Source: a virus (lineage: Duplodnaviria; Caudoviricetes). From it: a stretch of DNA of 34,706 nucleotides. Each line of letters starts with the position of its first letter. Position 1 is the stretch's first letter. Position numbers and translations under genes: made by a program. Shown here piece after piece: positions 7,720-17,800 of this stretch. The stretch lies in IMG/VR virus record IMGVR_UViG_3300045944_000246, positions 1 to 34,706 of that record; one strand, 5' to 3'. The notes beneath the pieces were generated by a model. That model was not told where the DNA came from and made no database searches. It was given only the letters and a program-made list of their open reading frames with translations.

Positions 7720-8241
7720 ATGACCACCCGACTGCTCTGGCTCCTGCCCGCCCTCGCCGCCCTCCTCCTGCTCGGGGCCTGCTCGTCCGCAGATGAGTCC
7801 GTGCGGGGGCAGGGAAGCGGTCCACGATCGACGCCGTTCCCATCGGTGCCGCCGGACCCGCGCGTCCAGGCGTACCGGCAGAGCCTCGCCCCTCTCGTGG
7901 ACGGGTATGCCGCCGCCTTCGCCTCGCTCGCCGCCCAGGCGCCATCCGGAACTGTGTCGGAGGCCAACCTGAAAGACTCAGCGTGGCGCTCCGTCTACAG
8001 CAGCACCGTGCAGACGCTGGAGTCGCTCGGCACCCGCGCCCGTGCGCTTACCCCACCGCCCTGCCTGATCGAAGCCCACACGGACCTCGTCCGCGCAACG
8101 CAGGCCGTGGACGGCGCGACTCCCCACATCGCCCTGAGTACGAATGCGCCCTCAGCGGTCACGGCTGCCACCCAGACCATGCTTGGGGAACGTGCCGCGA
8201 TCGAGCGTGCTGCCGCGCGCCTGAAGACTGCGGCGTGCTAG
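7720..8241 (+). CDS. Putative lipoprotein, possible superinfection exclusion
   Basis: Signal peptide with lipobox-like LGAC; GGAGGA RBS; helical body. Confidence 0.75.
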   Translation: MTTRLLWLLPALAALLLLGACSSADESVRGQGSGPRSTPFPSVPPDPRVQAYRQSLAPLVDGYAAAFASLAAQAPSGTVSEANLKDSAWRSVYSSTVQTLESLGTRARALTPPPCLIEAHTDLVRATQAVDGATPHIALSTNAPSAVTAATQTMLGERAAIERAAARLKTAAC

Positions 8242-9080
8242 CCGAGTTCGGCCAACTTGCGGTTGACCTCGTCGATGCGCACCGCGGCGCGGGTGCCGTC
8301 GTCGGTGTAGGCCGCCAACTCGCCTCGTAGCTCGTCCTCGTACAACCGGCGGTAGTCCACCGCAATCGGCGGTTCCGGCTTCGGTTCCGGTTCGGGCTCC
8401 GGCGGTGGGGCAATCAACACGGCGCCCTTCATCCGGGAGTAGTCCCCTTGAAGCACACGGTTCGCCGTCGCCTGCATCGCGTCCTCGTCCTCACCCCGCC
8501 AACCCGGATCGCTACAGCGATTCACCCGGTCGACTTCGGCGTGCCAGATGTTCGTCAGCGGGTCACACGGATGATCAAAGCGCATCGATGACCATGCACG
8601 CAGCATCACGCAATTGTTCCACTGGGCATCGGTCAGCCCATCGGCGCCGGTCATCGCCACGTTCTCAACGGAGACAAACGCCGCGTTCGGCTCGCCCGAC
8701 GCCATGCCGGCGACCAGCGGCGCTTGCTGAATCGCACAGCTGCCCCAGTTGTTGATGACCCCCTGCGCCCACGGCGAATAGATGCCCGTCACCGCCATGT
8801 ATTGATGGATCTCGCTCACCCAGAATCGATAGCCGCCGGCCTCAATCTCCACATAGGCGTCACGGCCGTTGCCGAAGTGCGTTGAGCCCTGGCTCGCGCC
8901 GCCGTTGAAATACGCCGTGAGTTGCGCGAGCGTCTCGCAAACTGGGATGTGGTGACAGATACCGATCTTCTTCTGATCGTACTGATGGAAGCCGTAGGCA
9001 CTGCGCGGCGCCAGGCCGTTATCCTTCCACACGATCGCGCGGTTGACCCAGTTCTGCAGGTCCGCCGTCAGCTCACCCAT
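8238..9080 (-). CDS. Endolysin, N-acetylmuramoyl-L-alanine amidase (Amidase_2-like)
   Basis: IGICHH, STHF, IHQY, SVEN, IWHAE and SDPG motifs; Pro/Glu linker and helical tail; end of the late operon. Confidence 0.75.
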   Translation of the reverse strand: MGELTADLQNWVNRAIVWKDNGLAPRSAYGFHQYDQKKIGICHHIPVCETLAQLTAYFNGGASQGSTHFGNGRDAYVEIEAGGYRFWVSEIHQYMAVTGIYSPWAQGVINNWGSCAIQQAPLVAGMASGEPNAAFVSVENVAMTGADGLTDAQWNNCVMLRAWSSMRFDHPCDPLTNIWHAEVDRVNRCSDPGWRGEDEDAMQATANRVLQGDYSRMKGAVLIAPPPEPEPEPKPEPPIAVDYRRLYEDELRGELAAYTDDGTRAAVRIDEVNRKLAELG

Positions 9081-9303
9081 CGGCACCCTCCGGGTCGAGC
9101 CACTCGATCACGGTGTCATCGTCGTGCGAGTGGATCTCCATCATGTCTGCGACCGAGTCATAGGTGACGGTCGAGCGAGCGCGTCCCGTCATCCAGCGCA
9201 TCGCCACCCGCCCATCGGAGAACGCAACGCCCTCCACGACGATACCGGTGCCGGAGAACTGGTGCGCATCTCGCAGTCGGTTGAGGACGAAGCGGCGCAT
9301 CAA
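9073..9303 (-). CDS. Conserved phage hypothetical protein
   Basis: SGTGIVVEGVAFSDGRVAMRW pattern recalled from other phage proteins; coupled to neighbours. Confidence 0.8.
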   Translation of the reverse strand: MMRRFVLNRLRDAHQFSGTGIVVEGVAFSDGRVAMRWMTGRARSTVTYDSVADMMEIHSHDDDTVIEWLDPEGADG

Positions 9304-9503
9304 TCACCGGCCCGTCCGCGCAGCGCCGCCTCCTGGATCGCGTGCAACGCCTGGATGCGCTTCGGCCGGTGCGAGTGCGGGCACACCCCGGCGGCCGCCG
9401 CAAAGACGTGCCCGTCCGGGCAGCTGAGCACCGCCGCGAAACACGCAAACGGTTCCTCACGCGCGGGTGTCCCCCACACCGCCGGCGCATCGCGTCCCTT
9501 CAT
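9300..9503 (-). CDS. Small Cys-containing hypothetical protein
   Basis: GGAGG RBS; tiles the operon. Confidence 0.55.
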   Translation of the reverse strand: MKGRDAPAVWGTPAREEPFACFAAVLSCPDGHVFAAAAGVCPHSHRPKRIQALHAIQEAALRGRAGD

Positions 9504-9519
9504 CCCGGCACCTCCCCAG

Positions 9520-9606
9520 TCACACCGCGACCAGCAGCAACAGCGCCACTGCCCCGATCAGCAGAATCGCCAGAATCAACGCCGCCGCCTGCCAGAACGG
9601 AATCAT
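9520..9606 (-). CDS. 28-aa single-TM peptide, holin candidate
   Basis: MIPFWQAAALILAILLIGAVALLLLVAV upstream of the lysin. Confidence 0.5.
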   Translation of the reverse strand: MIPFWQAAALILAILLIGAVALLLLVAV

Positions 9607-9610
9607 CGCG

Positions 9611-9904
9611 TCACACGACCCCGGCGTAGGCGTCCCACAAACTGTTGATGCAAAATTCGATATCGCCGTCCGTCGACGCCGCCGTGATGATCGGATTGAC
9701 CGCAACGCCATGCGCGAACGTCGCCCCGTACGTCTCCGTGTCGTGCAACGCCTTCACCGCAAGCTGGCAGCGGTTCACGTGGTTCGCGGCGTTCGGGTCC
9801 TCGGCCTGGACGAACCCGGCTGACTTCACCATCGCCATCGTGACCCGCGCGACGAAGTCCGGGTCCGCCGCGAGCGCGGCGCTGTCGGCAAACGTTGCGG
9901 CCAT
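9611..9904 (-). CDS. Hypothetical protein downstream of the tail genes (possible fibre chaperone)
   Basis: GGAGG RBS; GC-rich codon usage; position. Confidence 0.75.
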   Translation of the reverse strand: MAATFADSAALAADPDFVARVTMAMVKSAGFVQAEDPNAANHVNRCQLAVKALHDTETYGATFAHGVAVNPIITAASTDGDIEFCINSLWDAYAGVV

Positions 9905-9916
9905 CCTCATCCCTCC

Positions 9917-10807
9917 CTATCGGTTGCGCGTCACGGTCAGTTCCAGGTTGCCCGCCGTCGGTGCCGCACCACTCGCCCAGCGCAGCGTCAGGTACTCGAC
10001 CGCCCAGTCCAGCGCCGGCACGTCATAGATCACCCCGTTGGCGATCGTGGCCGTGCCCGCCGCGGCCCCGCCAATACCGCCGAGGCCGCGGGCCACTTGC
10101 CACTGGGCAATCAGCCCCGATGAATAGGCCGCCTGCCACACCTGCACATCGTTGGCGGCCGATCTCCCGCCCGCGTACAGCACAAAACTGCCACCCGCGT
10201 CCAACGCCGGCGATACCGCCACGTTGATACTGATGTCGCGCCAGCCACGCCGCGGAATCCGCCAGTACTGGTTCGTACTCCTGAGCGCAAACGCCGGCGC
10301 CGTGAGGGCGGAGCCTCCGGCGTCGGTGATGTCCGTGCCGGTCGGGCTCGGATTCGCGGCCGTGTGCAGGAACGTATGACCCGGCGCGGCGACGGCGAGC
10401 GGCGCCGAAAGCGTCGTCCCGACCCCGGCCAGGTTCCGTGCCATCTGCCAGGTCGACCCGTCCCACAGTTCCTCCATCGCCCGCGTATAGATGCGACCGT
10501 CTTTGATCTGGACCGGCGTGTATTGCCCCTCGGCGTCAAGATCCGCCGGCGTCGCGCGCTGCACCGCCCCCGGCGGCATCAGCGCATCACCGGCCGCACG
10601 CGCCGACCCGGCCCCACGCCCCAGCAGGTTCGCACCGGTTGCGGACGGAATCGCCAGCGTCGTCAGGAACGTCCAGGCGTTCGTCGCGCCGGTGTTGAGG
10701 TCGACCGCGGCCGGCACCCAGAGGTTCCCGGTCGCCAGGTCGACGACCCCCCACCCTTTATCCGACCCCTCGACCGGCCACGTCGGCGTGCCGTGAACGA
10801 GCGCCAT
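9917..10807 (-). CDS. Putative minor tail or receptor-binding protein
   Basis: 296 aa, Ala/Gly/Thr-rich, beta-type; GGAGG RBS; follows the tail tip genes. Confidence 0.65.
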   Translation of the reverse strand: MALVHGTPTWPVEGSDKGWGVVDLATGNLWVPAAVDLNTGATNAWTFLTTLAIPSATGANLLGRGAGSARAAGDALMPPGAVQRATPADLDAEGQYTPVQIKDGRIYTRAMEELWDGSTWQMARNLAGVGTTLSAPLAVAAPGHTFLHTAANPSPTGTDITDAGGSALTAPAFALRSTNQYWRIPRRGWRDISINVAVSPALDAGGSFVLYAGGRSAANDVQVWQAAYSSGLIAQWQVARGLGGIGGAAAGTATIANGVIYDVPALDWAVEYLTLRWASGAAPTAGNLELTVTRNR

Positions 10808-10820
10808 CGCCTCGCCTCCC

Positions 10821-12521
10821 CTACCAGACCGGCACCCAGCCGGTCGCCCCGCCGCTATCCGTGATCTGGACCCACGTCACCGGTGGCTGCACCGGAATCC
10901 CAGACGCCGCGCCGAGCACCGAGAGCGGCGGCGTCGCGTTCGGCGTGAGGCCGAGCTTCGCCGTCGTCGCCGCGCGGGCCTGGAGCGCCGCCGTATCGAT
11001 CGCGTTCGCCGAAGCCGAAGCCGCCGTCGCCGCATTCGTCGCGTTCGCCACCGCAGACGTGACCTGGCCCCCCGCGATCGTCACCCCCGCTGGGAGCGCG
11101 CCCGCCGTCACGCCCGTCGCCGGGACACTCGCCGCGTTCGTTGCGTTGGTCGCGTTCGTCGCGTTCGTCGCGTTCGTCGCGGCAGGCACCGTCCCCGTGA
11201 CCTGTGCCCCCGGCACGCTCACCCCGGCCGGCACCGTCCCGGCCGGCAGGCCGCTGAGGTTGTTGAGCTGCGCCGCCCGCTGCGCCGAGCCAACCGGACC
11301 CCAGACCTTGCTCCCCGTTACGACCCGTATCCGCGCGTCATCAACCACCCCCGGATCGCGCGCCGCCCGCAACGCATCAATCAGCGTGTTCTCGGCCGGG
11401 AGCTGGACGCCGCGCGAGACGCCCCGCCCCGCCGCTGCGATCGTCGCCGCGTCAATCGGCGGCACGACCTCGACCGTCAGGTCAACCAGCCCCGTCTCCG
11501 CCCGCCAGGTCCGCGAGACCACCCGGCCGAGTCCGGCGTCGCCGCTGGAGCGCGAGCGCGGCAGCACAAACCGGATCATCGTCCCCTCGCGTACCTGCCG
11601 CCGATGCGCATAACTCGATGGTCCGCTTGTGTTGATCATCAGCATCGGTATCCGGCCGGATACCGATCCCGGTTCGAGGACGTCGTCAAACGCCGCTGAG
11701 GGTGGCCCCGGAAACAGCGAGAGCGAGAACAGGCGCAGCGGTTGCCCGCGCCGCGCGACCTCGCGGTCCGCCGCCTCCTGGAGCTCCGAGAGACTCGCCG
11801 TATCGAGCCGGAGCTCGACCTGCCGATCCGTTAAGCGCGGCGAGACGTCAGGGCTCGTCATCACCCGGCCAAAGCGGTCGCGTGCGATCACCTGACCGAC
11901 CCGGTCGCCGCGCTCGGTCGGGCCGAACCCCTGCATCAGTACGTCGCCGTCCTGCGTCAGAATCGGCGGGTAGGCGACCGGCGGCTCGACGCCCCAGGTC
12001 ATCACCGACCCACTCAGCCGCCAGGTCTGACCGGACCGCTGCTCCATATCGCGCAGGACGTCGTCGAGCGTCTGGCCGGAGAGCAGGTACGACGCGACCG
12101 TCGGCGGCGCTTCCATCACCGCACCGAGCGTGATATGGCCGGTCAGCCCGTCGCGGAGCGCGGCCGAGAACGCCTCGCGCACGATCGCCCCGGCGGTGAG
12201 GCCCTTGAGCTCCTGCGTCCGGTAGCAGCGCCGCACCGAGAAGATATGCGAGACGTGAACGACCGGCACGGTGACACCGTCCATGCTCCAGGACGGTGCG
12301 ACCGCGACCCATCCCGGAAAGTCGCCGAGCGACTCGTCGATCATCGTCGCCCACATGCCGACGCCGACCAGCGCCTCGGCCGCGTGACCGCGCGGCACCG
12401 TGAACGACGCCGCGCCGATCGTATCCGTGCGCGGATGCGGCCACGCGACGTCGCCGCTCGGCAGGTTCCAGCGCCCCTCCGCACCGGACGCACTGACGAG
12501 ATGCCACAACAAGTCGCTCAC
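10821..12521 (-). CDS. Minor tail protein (hub/Tal-like N-terminus with a fibre-like C-terminus)
   Basis: Second gene after the tape measure; C-terminal ATN and GV/AG repeats. Confidence 0.75.
   Translation of the reverse strand: MSDLLWHLVSASGAEGRWNLPSGDVAWPHPRTDTIGAASFTVPRGHAAEALVGVGMWATMIDESLGDFPGWVAVAPSWSMDGVTVPVVHVSHIFSVRRCYRTQELKGLTAGAIVREAFSAALRDGLTGHITLGAVMEAPPTVASYLLSGQTLDDVLRDMEQRSGQTWRLSGSVMTWGVEPPVAYPPILTQDGDVLMQGFGPTERGDRVGQVIARDRFGRVMTSPDVSPRLTDRQVELRLDTASLSELQEAADREVARRGQPLRLFSLSLFPGPPSAAFDDVLEPGSVSGRIPMLMINTSGPSSYAHRRQVREGTMIRFVLPRSRSSGDAGLGRVVSRTWRAETGLVDLTVEVVPPIDAATIAAAGRGVSRGVQLPAENTLIDALRAARDPGVVDDARIRVVTGSKVWGPVGSAQRAAQLNNLSGLPAGTVPAGVSVPGAQVTGTVPAATNATNATNATNATNAASVPATGVTAGALPAGVTIAGGQVTSAVANATNAATAASASANAIDTAALQARAATTAKLGLTPNATPPLSVLGAASGIPVQPPVTWVQITDSGGATGWVPVW
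11136..11180 (-). repeat. Five 9-bp tandem units encoding (ATN)5
   Basis: GTTCGTCGC-type units read directly. Confidence 0.85.
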
Positions 12522-12574
12522 GCGGCATACCTCTTAGAACTGAAATACGCTACGCTCGGCCGCAGGAGGCTGAG

Positions 12575-13195
12575 ATGACGTATACCTGTGAACGCTGCGG
12601 CGACTCCTTTATCCGCCTCGGCCGCATCCCTGGCCGGTTCTGCTCGTGGGCGTGCTACACACAGCGGGCGGGAGCATCGCGGCCTGCTGAGGCGAGGTTC
12701 TGGGAGAAGGTGACGAAGGACGGACCATCCCCACCACGCGCCCCCTCCCTCGGACCCTGCTGGCTGTGGACGGGAAGCGCCGACGCGAAAGGCTACGGAC
12801 GCCTGTTTCTCACGCGAGGCCAACCGCCCGCCAAGGCGCACCGCTTTTCCTACACGCTGGCACACGGTCCGATTCCTGACGGGTTGTTCGTCTGCCATCA
12901 CTGCGATGTTCCGCCATGCGTCCGCCCCTCTCACCTGTTCCTCGGAACGGTACGCGACAACTCCGTGGACATGGCGACGAAGGGTCGGTCGATGAAGGGC
13001 GAACGCGGGCGACAGGTGCGTCAACCGCGTGGCTCGCGTCACTGGAACGCCAAACTGACCGAGGATGACGTACGCCGCCTGCGCGCCGAACGAGCGGCGG
13101 GCGTCACGCTGGCCGACCTGCACGCGCGCACGGGATTGTCGAAAGGCGCGCTCTCGATGCTCCTGCGTGGGAAGACCTGGACCCATGTCACCTGA
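12575..13195 (+). CDS. HNH homing endonuclease 1, antisense to the late operon
   Basis: CERC/FCSWAC Zn motif, CWLWTG..GYG, AHR, VCHHCDVPPCVRPSHL..GT..DN, C-terminal HTH; AGGAGG RBS. Confidence 0.93.
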   Translation: MTYTCERCGDSFIRLGRIPGRFCSWACYTQRAGASRPAEARFWEKVTKDGPSPPRAPSLGPCWLWTGSADAKGYGRLFLTRGQPPAKAHRFSYTLAHGPIPDGLFVCHHCDVPPCVRPSHLFLGTVRDNSVDMATKGRSMKGERGRQVRQPRGSRHWNAKLTEDDVRRLRAERAAGVTLADLHARTGLSKGALSMLLRGKTWTHVT

Positions 13196-13200
13196 TCCTT

Positions 13201-14835
13201 TCACGCAGCAAATCTTCGTACATACGCAAACGAGACCGTCGCCGCCAGCGTATTCGTCCAGGTGTTCGGCACGTTCGGCTGCAGGCGGAACGCGCCGACG
13301 CGCGAGACCGGCTTCGGCTCGCCGAGCAACGTCCCACCGGAACTCACCGCGATACTGCGCGGGTCGAGGAACGTCAGCACGACCGCGTGCGCGGAGTCCA
13401 CCCAGACGTCCGTAAAGCTGATCGCGTCGCCGGTCAGCGTGTTCGTGATCAGCCCGTTCAAGCGCCGCATCGTGACCGCCGCGCCGACCGCGACCGTCGG
13501 GAATGACGCCGTCTGAAACACGACCTGCGGCGTCCCCGATACCTCGAGGGTGCCAATCCCACTCAGCGTATTCGACGGTTCGCCGTAGACCGCGAGCTGG
13601 GTCGCGAGGTCGGCGTCGCCGGACGCGCCGGACCCGGCAATATCGCGCCACGTATTCTCGCCGTGCAGCAGGAACTTGAGGAACGTCCGCGGCGGCGCGG
13701 CACCACTGGTCGTGAGCGTCAGGCCGGTGAGCGCGTTCGTCGTGCCGAGCGGCGCCTGGGTGACGAGTCCGACGCCGTCCGCGTCGTTGATGTAGCCCTG
13801 CACGTCCTGGAAATCAAAGAACGCCTGCGTTGCCGTCTGCCGGAACCGAAACGAGGTCGACGGGTAGACCTCGCCCATCCGCGTCAGGAACCATGCGCCG
13901 GTCACGCGCGGGTTCTTCGACAACTGGAACATCGCGCCGATGACTTTCGAGCCGATCGTCGTCGGCGTCGAGCGCCAGATCCACTTATGGTTGCCGATGC
14001 TCGCGTGACCGACGTCCCATCCGGCGGTATCGAAGTTCGCCGCCAGCAGCGCGTTCGAGACGTTCGCGCCCATCAGGATCAGGAAGGTGACCGAGGACGA
14101 CGCCGGAAGGTCGCCGCGAAAGAAAAACCGCGTCGCGGTGGCGTGATTCGGCGTCAGCACAAAGAACGGGATCGAGGTCAGGTCCGGCGCGTAGACGGCG
14201 TAGTTGCTCTCGGCGGTTGCGCTCACGCCGTTCGTCGCGATCGTGCCGTGGTTGATGCCGTCGATCGTGCCGCCGCCGACGACGATCGGATAGTTGCCGA
14301 GGTCGTAGCTCAAGGGGTTCGTCACCGTCACCGCGTAGAGCCGGTGGTCGGTCCCGGTCGCCGTCACCGTTACCTGCGGCAGCGCCGCGACGTTCCCGCC
14401 CGGTGTAATCGGCGAGGTCGTAATACCGGAGACCGTCGTCGTCGAACGCCAGAACGGGTCGAGCATCACGAAGACGCCCTCGAACAGGTCGATCGTCTGT
14501 GGCCCGAACGCCGTGATTAAGATACGCGCCTCGACCGTCTCGCCCTCCCACGACCCTCTGAGCATCCGAATCCCGAGCAGCGGGTTGAACACCTCCATCA
14601 CGTCGGCGGCCCACGCGGAGGTTGCCGCCGCCCCCGGTCCGCGCCGGACGAGAAACGGTACGCGGCGCGGCTCGCCGCTCCAGCCCTCAAACAGCGACGT
14701 ATCCTCCGGCCGCGGCCCGAACGCCGGCGCGGTCGTATACGGCACCGGGGCGGCGACCGGCGTGACCATCCCGTACGCGCCGGCGTCGTTGAGGTTGATC
14801 GCATCAATCGCCGTGTAGGACGGGAGCATGACCAT
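13201..14835 (-). CDS. Distal tail (Dit-like) or minor tail protein with an inserted domain
   Basis: First gene after the tape measure; DPFWRS and GNVAALPQVTV Dit-like segments; 544 aa. Confidence 0.7.
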   Translation of the reverse strand: MVMLPSYTAIDAINLNDAGAYGMVTPVAAPVPYTTAPAFGPRPEDTSLFEGWSGEPRRVPFLVRRGPGAAATSAWAADVMEVFNPLLGIRMLRGSWEGETVEARILITAFGPQTIDLFEGVFVMLDPFWRSTTTVSGITTSPITPGGNVAALPQVTVTATGTDHRLYAVTVTNPLSYDLGNYPIVVGGGTIDGINHGTIATNGVSATAESNYAVYAPDLTSIPFFVLTPNHATATRFFFRGDLPASSSVTFLILMGANVSNALLAANFDTAGWDVGHASIGNHKWIWRSTPTTIGSKVIGAMFQLSKNPRVTGAWFLTRMGEVYPSTSFRFRQTATQAFFDFQDVQGYINDADGVGLVTQAPLGTTNALTGLTLTTSGAAPPRTFLKFLLHGENTWRDIAGSGASGDADLATQLAVYGEPSNTLSGIGTLEVSGTPQVVFQTASFPTVAVGAAVTMRRLNGLITNTLTGDAISFTDVWVDSAHAVVLTFLDPRSIAVSSGGTLLGEPKPVSRVGAFRLQPNVPNTWTNTLAATVSFAYVRRFAA

Positions 14836-14839
14836 CGCG

Positions 14840-17800
14840 TTAGAGTCCTCGCGTCGAGAGGATCGTGCCGTCGATCACGCCGGTCGTATAGCCGCCGCCG
14901 CCGCCCGTCGAGACCGGCACCGCCGCGCTCGTATTCCGCTGCTGCTGATTCCGTAGCTCGGTCAGGATCTCCTCCAGTAGCCGGTTCGTCTCCTCGGTCG
15001 GGTCCGTCTCTCGGCCGAGCGTCCGCGCCGCCATCGTCAACTTCCAGAGTTGGCCGGTCGGGTCGTTCATTTGCAGCTGCATATCGGCAAGCCGCTGGTT
15101 GTGCTCGGCCTGGCGCCGCTGGTAGTCAAACAGCGCGGACATGCCGCCCTGCATCATGACCATGCCCGCGGCGACCTCGTTGTTGAACACGTCCGTAAAC
15201 GAGCCGCCGGGTTGCCAGCCGACGCCGGGGAGCCACCACTGCCCGCCGTGGACCCACCCCTCATTGATGCCGAAATTCACCAGCGCCGAGGGGAGCATGT
15301 CGAGCGACCAGCCGGAGCGCGACTCGACCAGGCCGGAGTTATCAATCCCGAACGGGTTGCCCGGTTCGACACCGGACGCGGGGGCACCAGAGGTCGTACG
15401 GAATTCCGACCCGCCGCCTTCAGCGGTCGCGCCGCCGGTCCCGCGCGGACCAGATGCGGGGGGGCGGTAATTGGCGGCCGCGTTATTCGCATCACGCTGG
15501 GCGATCGCGAGGCGCTGCGCCTCCGCTGCCGCGTCCGCGAGTCCGCGCGCCGTGAGTCGCGCCTGCTCCTCGACCGTCTTGAGGCCGTCGGCAAACTCGT
15601 AGTTCACCGGCCCGCCTTCGACGAGCGACTGGATATACGCCTCCGCCGCCCGCCGCACCTCCGGGAACTCCGACTCCAGCGCCTTCAGCGCGAACCGCGT
15701 GATCTCGGATGCGCGCTCGGTCGCCTCCGCCGCCGACATCATGCCGTTCTCGACGGCGTTCGCAAACGTCGAGAGCGCCGCGCGGACGATCGGCGGCAGC
15801 CGGTTGAAGTCCTTGCCGATGATCTCGCTGACTGCCTCGCCCCGCCGCGCCGCCTCGCGCGTATCGAGCAGCCCGTTCTCGACCGCCGAGGCGAGGGTCG
15901 CCAGCGATGCCTGCACACGCGACGGCAAGCGGTCGAAGTCGTCGCCGATGATCGCCGTCACCCCGGCGACCCGCCGCGCCGCCTCCTCGCCCGTAATCGA
16001 CCCGGCCTGGACCGCCTCCCACATGCGCAGGACCGACGCCTGAACCTGCGGCGCGAGCGCGTCGAAGTTCGCCGGGATCACCTGAAGCGCCGCGTTCGAG
16101 GCGGCCAGCGCCGCGTCACGCTCGGCCACCACTTCCGGGTCGTTTGGTGATGCCGCCACGGCTTGCATCGCCGCCTGAACCTGCGCGCGCAGCGGTCCGC
16201 CGATAAAGGTCGGCAGCTTGGTCAGTTCCGCCTCGTACGCGACCTGGGCCGTCGCCAGCGCCGCGATCGTCTGCGGCGACCCGTTCGTCACCGCCTCCGT
16301 CACGGCGCGGACCAGTGCCATCCCCTTCTCGCCGACGCGCTGCCGCGTCGCCTCGTCCGCGACCGCCGCCGCGTACGCCTGGTTATAGGTCGAGGCCGAG
16401 AGCGTCGCCGCCTCGCGCAACGCCGTCTCCAGCGGCGCGGTGAGCGTCGTTAACCCGGCGAGCGCCGCCTGCGCCTCTTCCGGCGTGGTTGCGGCCAGCG
16501 CCTCGGCGATCGCGTCGCGTCCGGCCTCGCCAATCGCGGCGAAGTCGGCGACACCGCGCGTCCTGAGCGTCTCGACGAACGTGTCCCAGGCCCGCAGTGC
16601 GGCCTGGATGTCGCCGCGGTCGCCGGTCGCGACCGCCGTGCCGGCAGCGGTGATCGCGTCCGCCGCACCCGCGCCGACGAGCCTTCGCAGGTCCGCCGCG
16701 GCGGTCGCCTTCGCCCGTTCCTGGTTGAACTTGTCCAGTGCGGACGTGTTCGCCTCGATCATCTGGAGTTCGAGCTCATGCACCTTGAGCACGCCCTCGA
16801 TCTTGCCCTTCCACGCCTCGTAGATCGTGATCTGCTGCTCTATAGCCGCCGCGTGCGCCGAGAACGGTTCGGCGTAGCGCAATTGGTCCTGCAACTGCTC
16901 GATATGGAGCGTGAGGCGCGAGACCGCCGCCAGCGCCTCGCGTTCGCCAGAACTGATACCGATCGCGAGACCCTCGGTCCAGTCGCGGCCGATCGCCATC
17001 GCGACCTTCGATGGCGACTGCGTCTGCAACATCTGGGACGCCGCCCCCGACGCCGAGGCCGCAACGTCGCGCGCCGCCGCCGCGACGCCATCGCCGTTCG
17101 CGCGGATACCGGCCGCGAGACCGGCCGAGAAGCCCATGCCGAGTTCGAGCGCCTTCTGGTAGAGGTCGGGCGGCAACATCTGATAGATCGAGGCACGCAC
17201 CTCGGCCGAGATCGTCGCGATGTTCGGCGGTAACTGCCGCATCGACGCGAGAAAGGTCGCGGTCATATCGACGACGGCTTGCTTGAGGTCGGCCATCGAC
17301 CCGCCGAGACCAAGTTGCTCCTTCGCCAGTGCCGCCTGCGCCTCCGCCGTCGATCGGTAGGCGGCGGTCATCGAACTTACGCGCTCTTGATGCGGCTTGA
17401 GCAGGTCGTCGATCTGCTTCAGCCCTTGCTGGGCCGCCGGTCCGCCCTTCTCGACCAGCCGCAGCGAACCGTCAAGCCGCTTCAGTTCGTCGGCGCTCAT
17501 GCCGGTCTGATCGGCGAATTCACGCGCGGCGTACGTCCAGTCCTTGACCTGGGCCGGGTTCAGTTCGGTCGTCGCCGCCTTCGCGTTCTTGGCGATCGCG
17601 TCAAGCGACTTGCCCTGCCGGTCCCACACCTGCTCCGCCGCCGTCCCCTGACCCGCCAGGTCGTCGATCGCCTTGCCCATCGCCTCAAGCGACGACTTGC
17701 CGTCCTTCGCCGCCTTCTCGACCGCCGCCAGTGCCGCCGCGAACGGTTGCGCCGGCCGCGCCGCCGTTTCCAACGCCTGCCCCGCGCCGCGCGCCGCCGT

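Noticed and set aside
12518-13651. Full 377-aa ORF as a gene, or HNH 1 as part of a group I intron or intein
   Set aside because: Its 5' part overlaps the Dit-like gene out of frame; flanking genes are intact, the HNH is antisense, and there is no room for a ribozyme core
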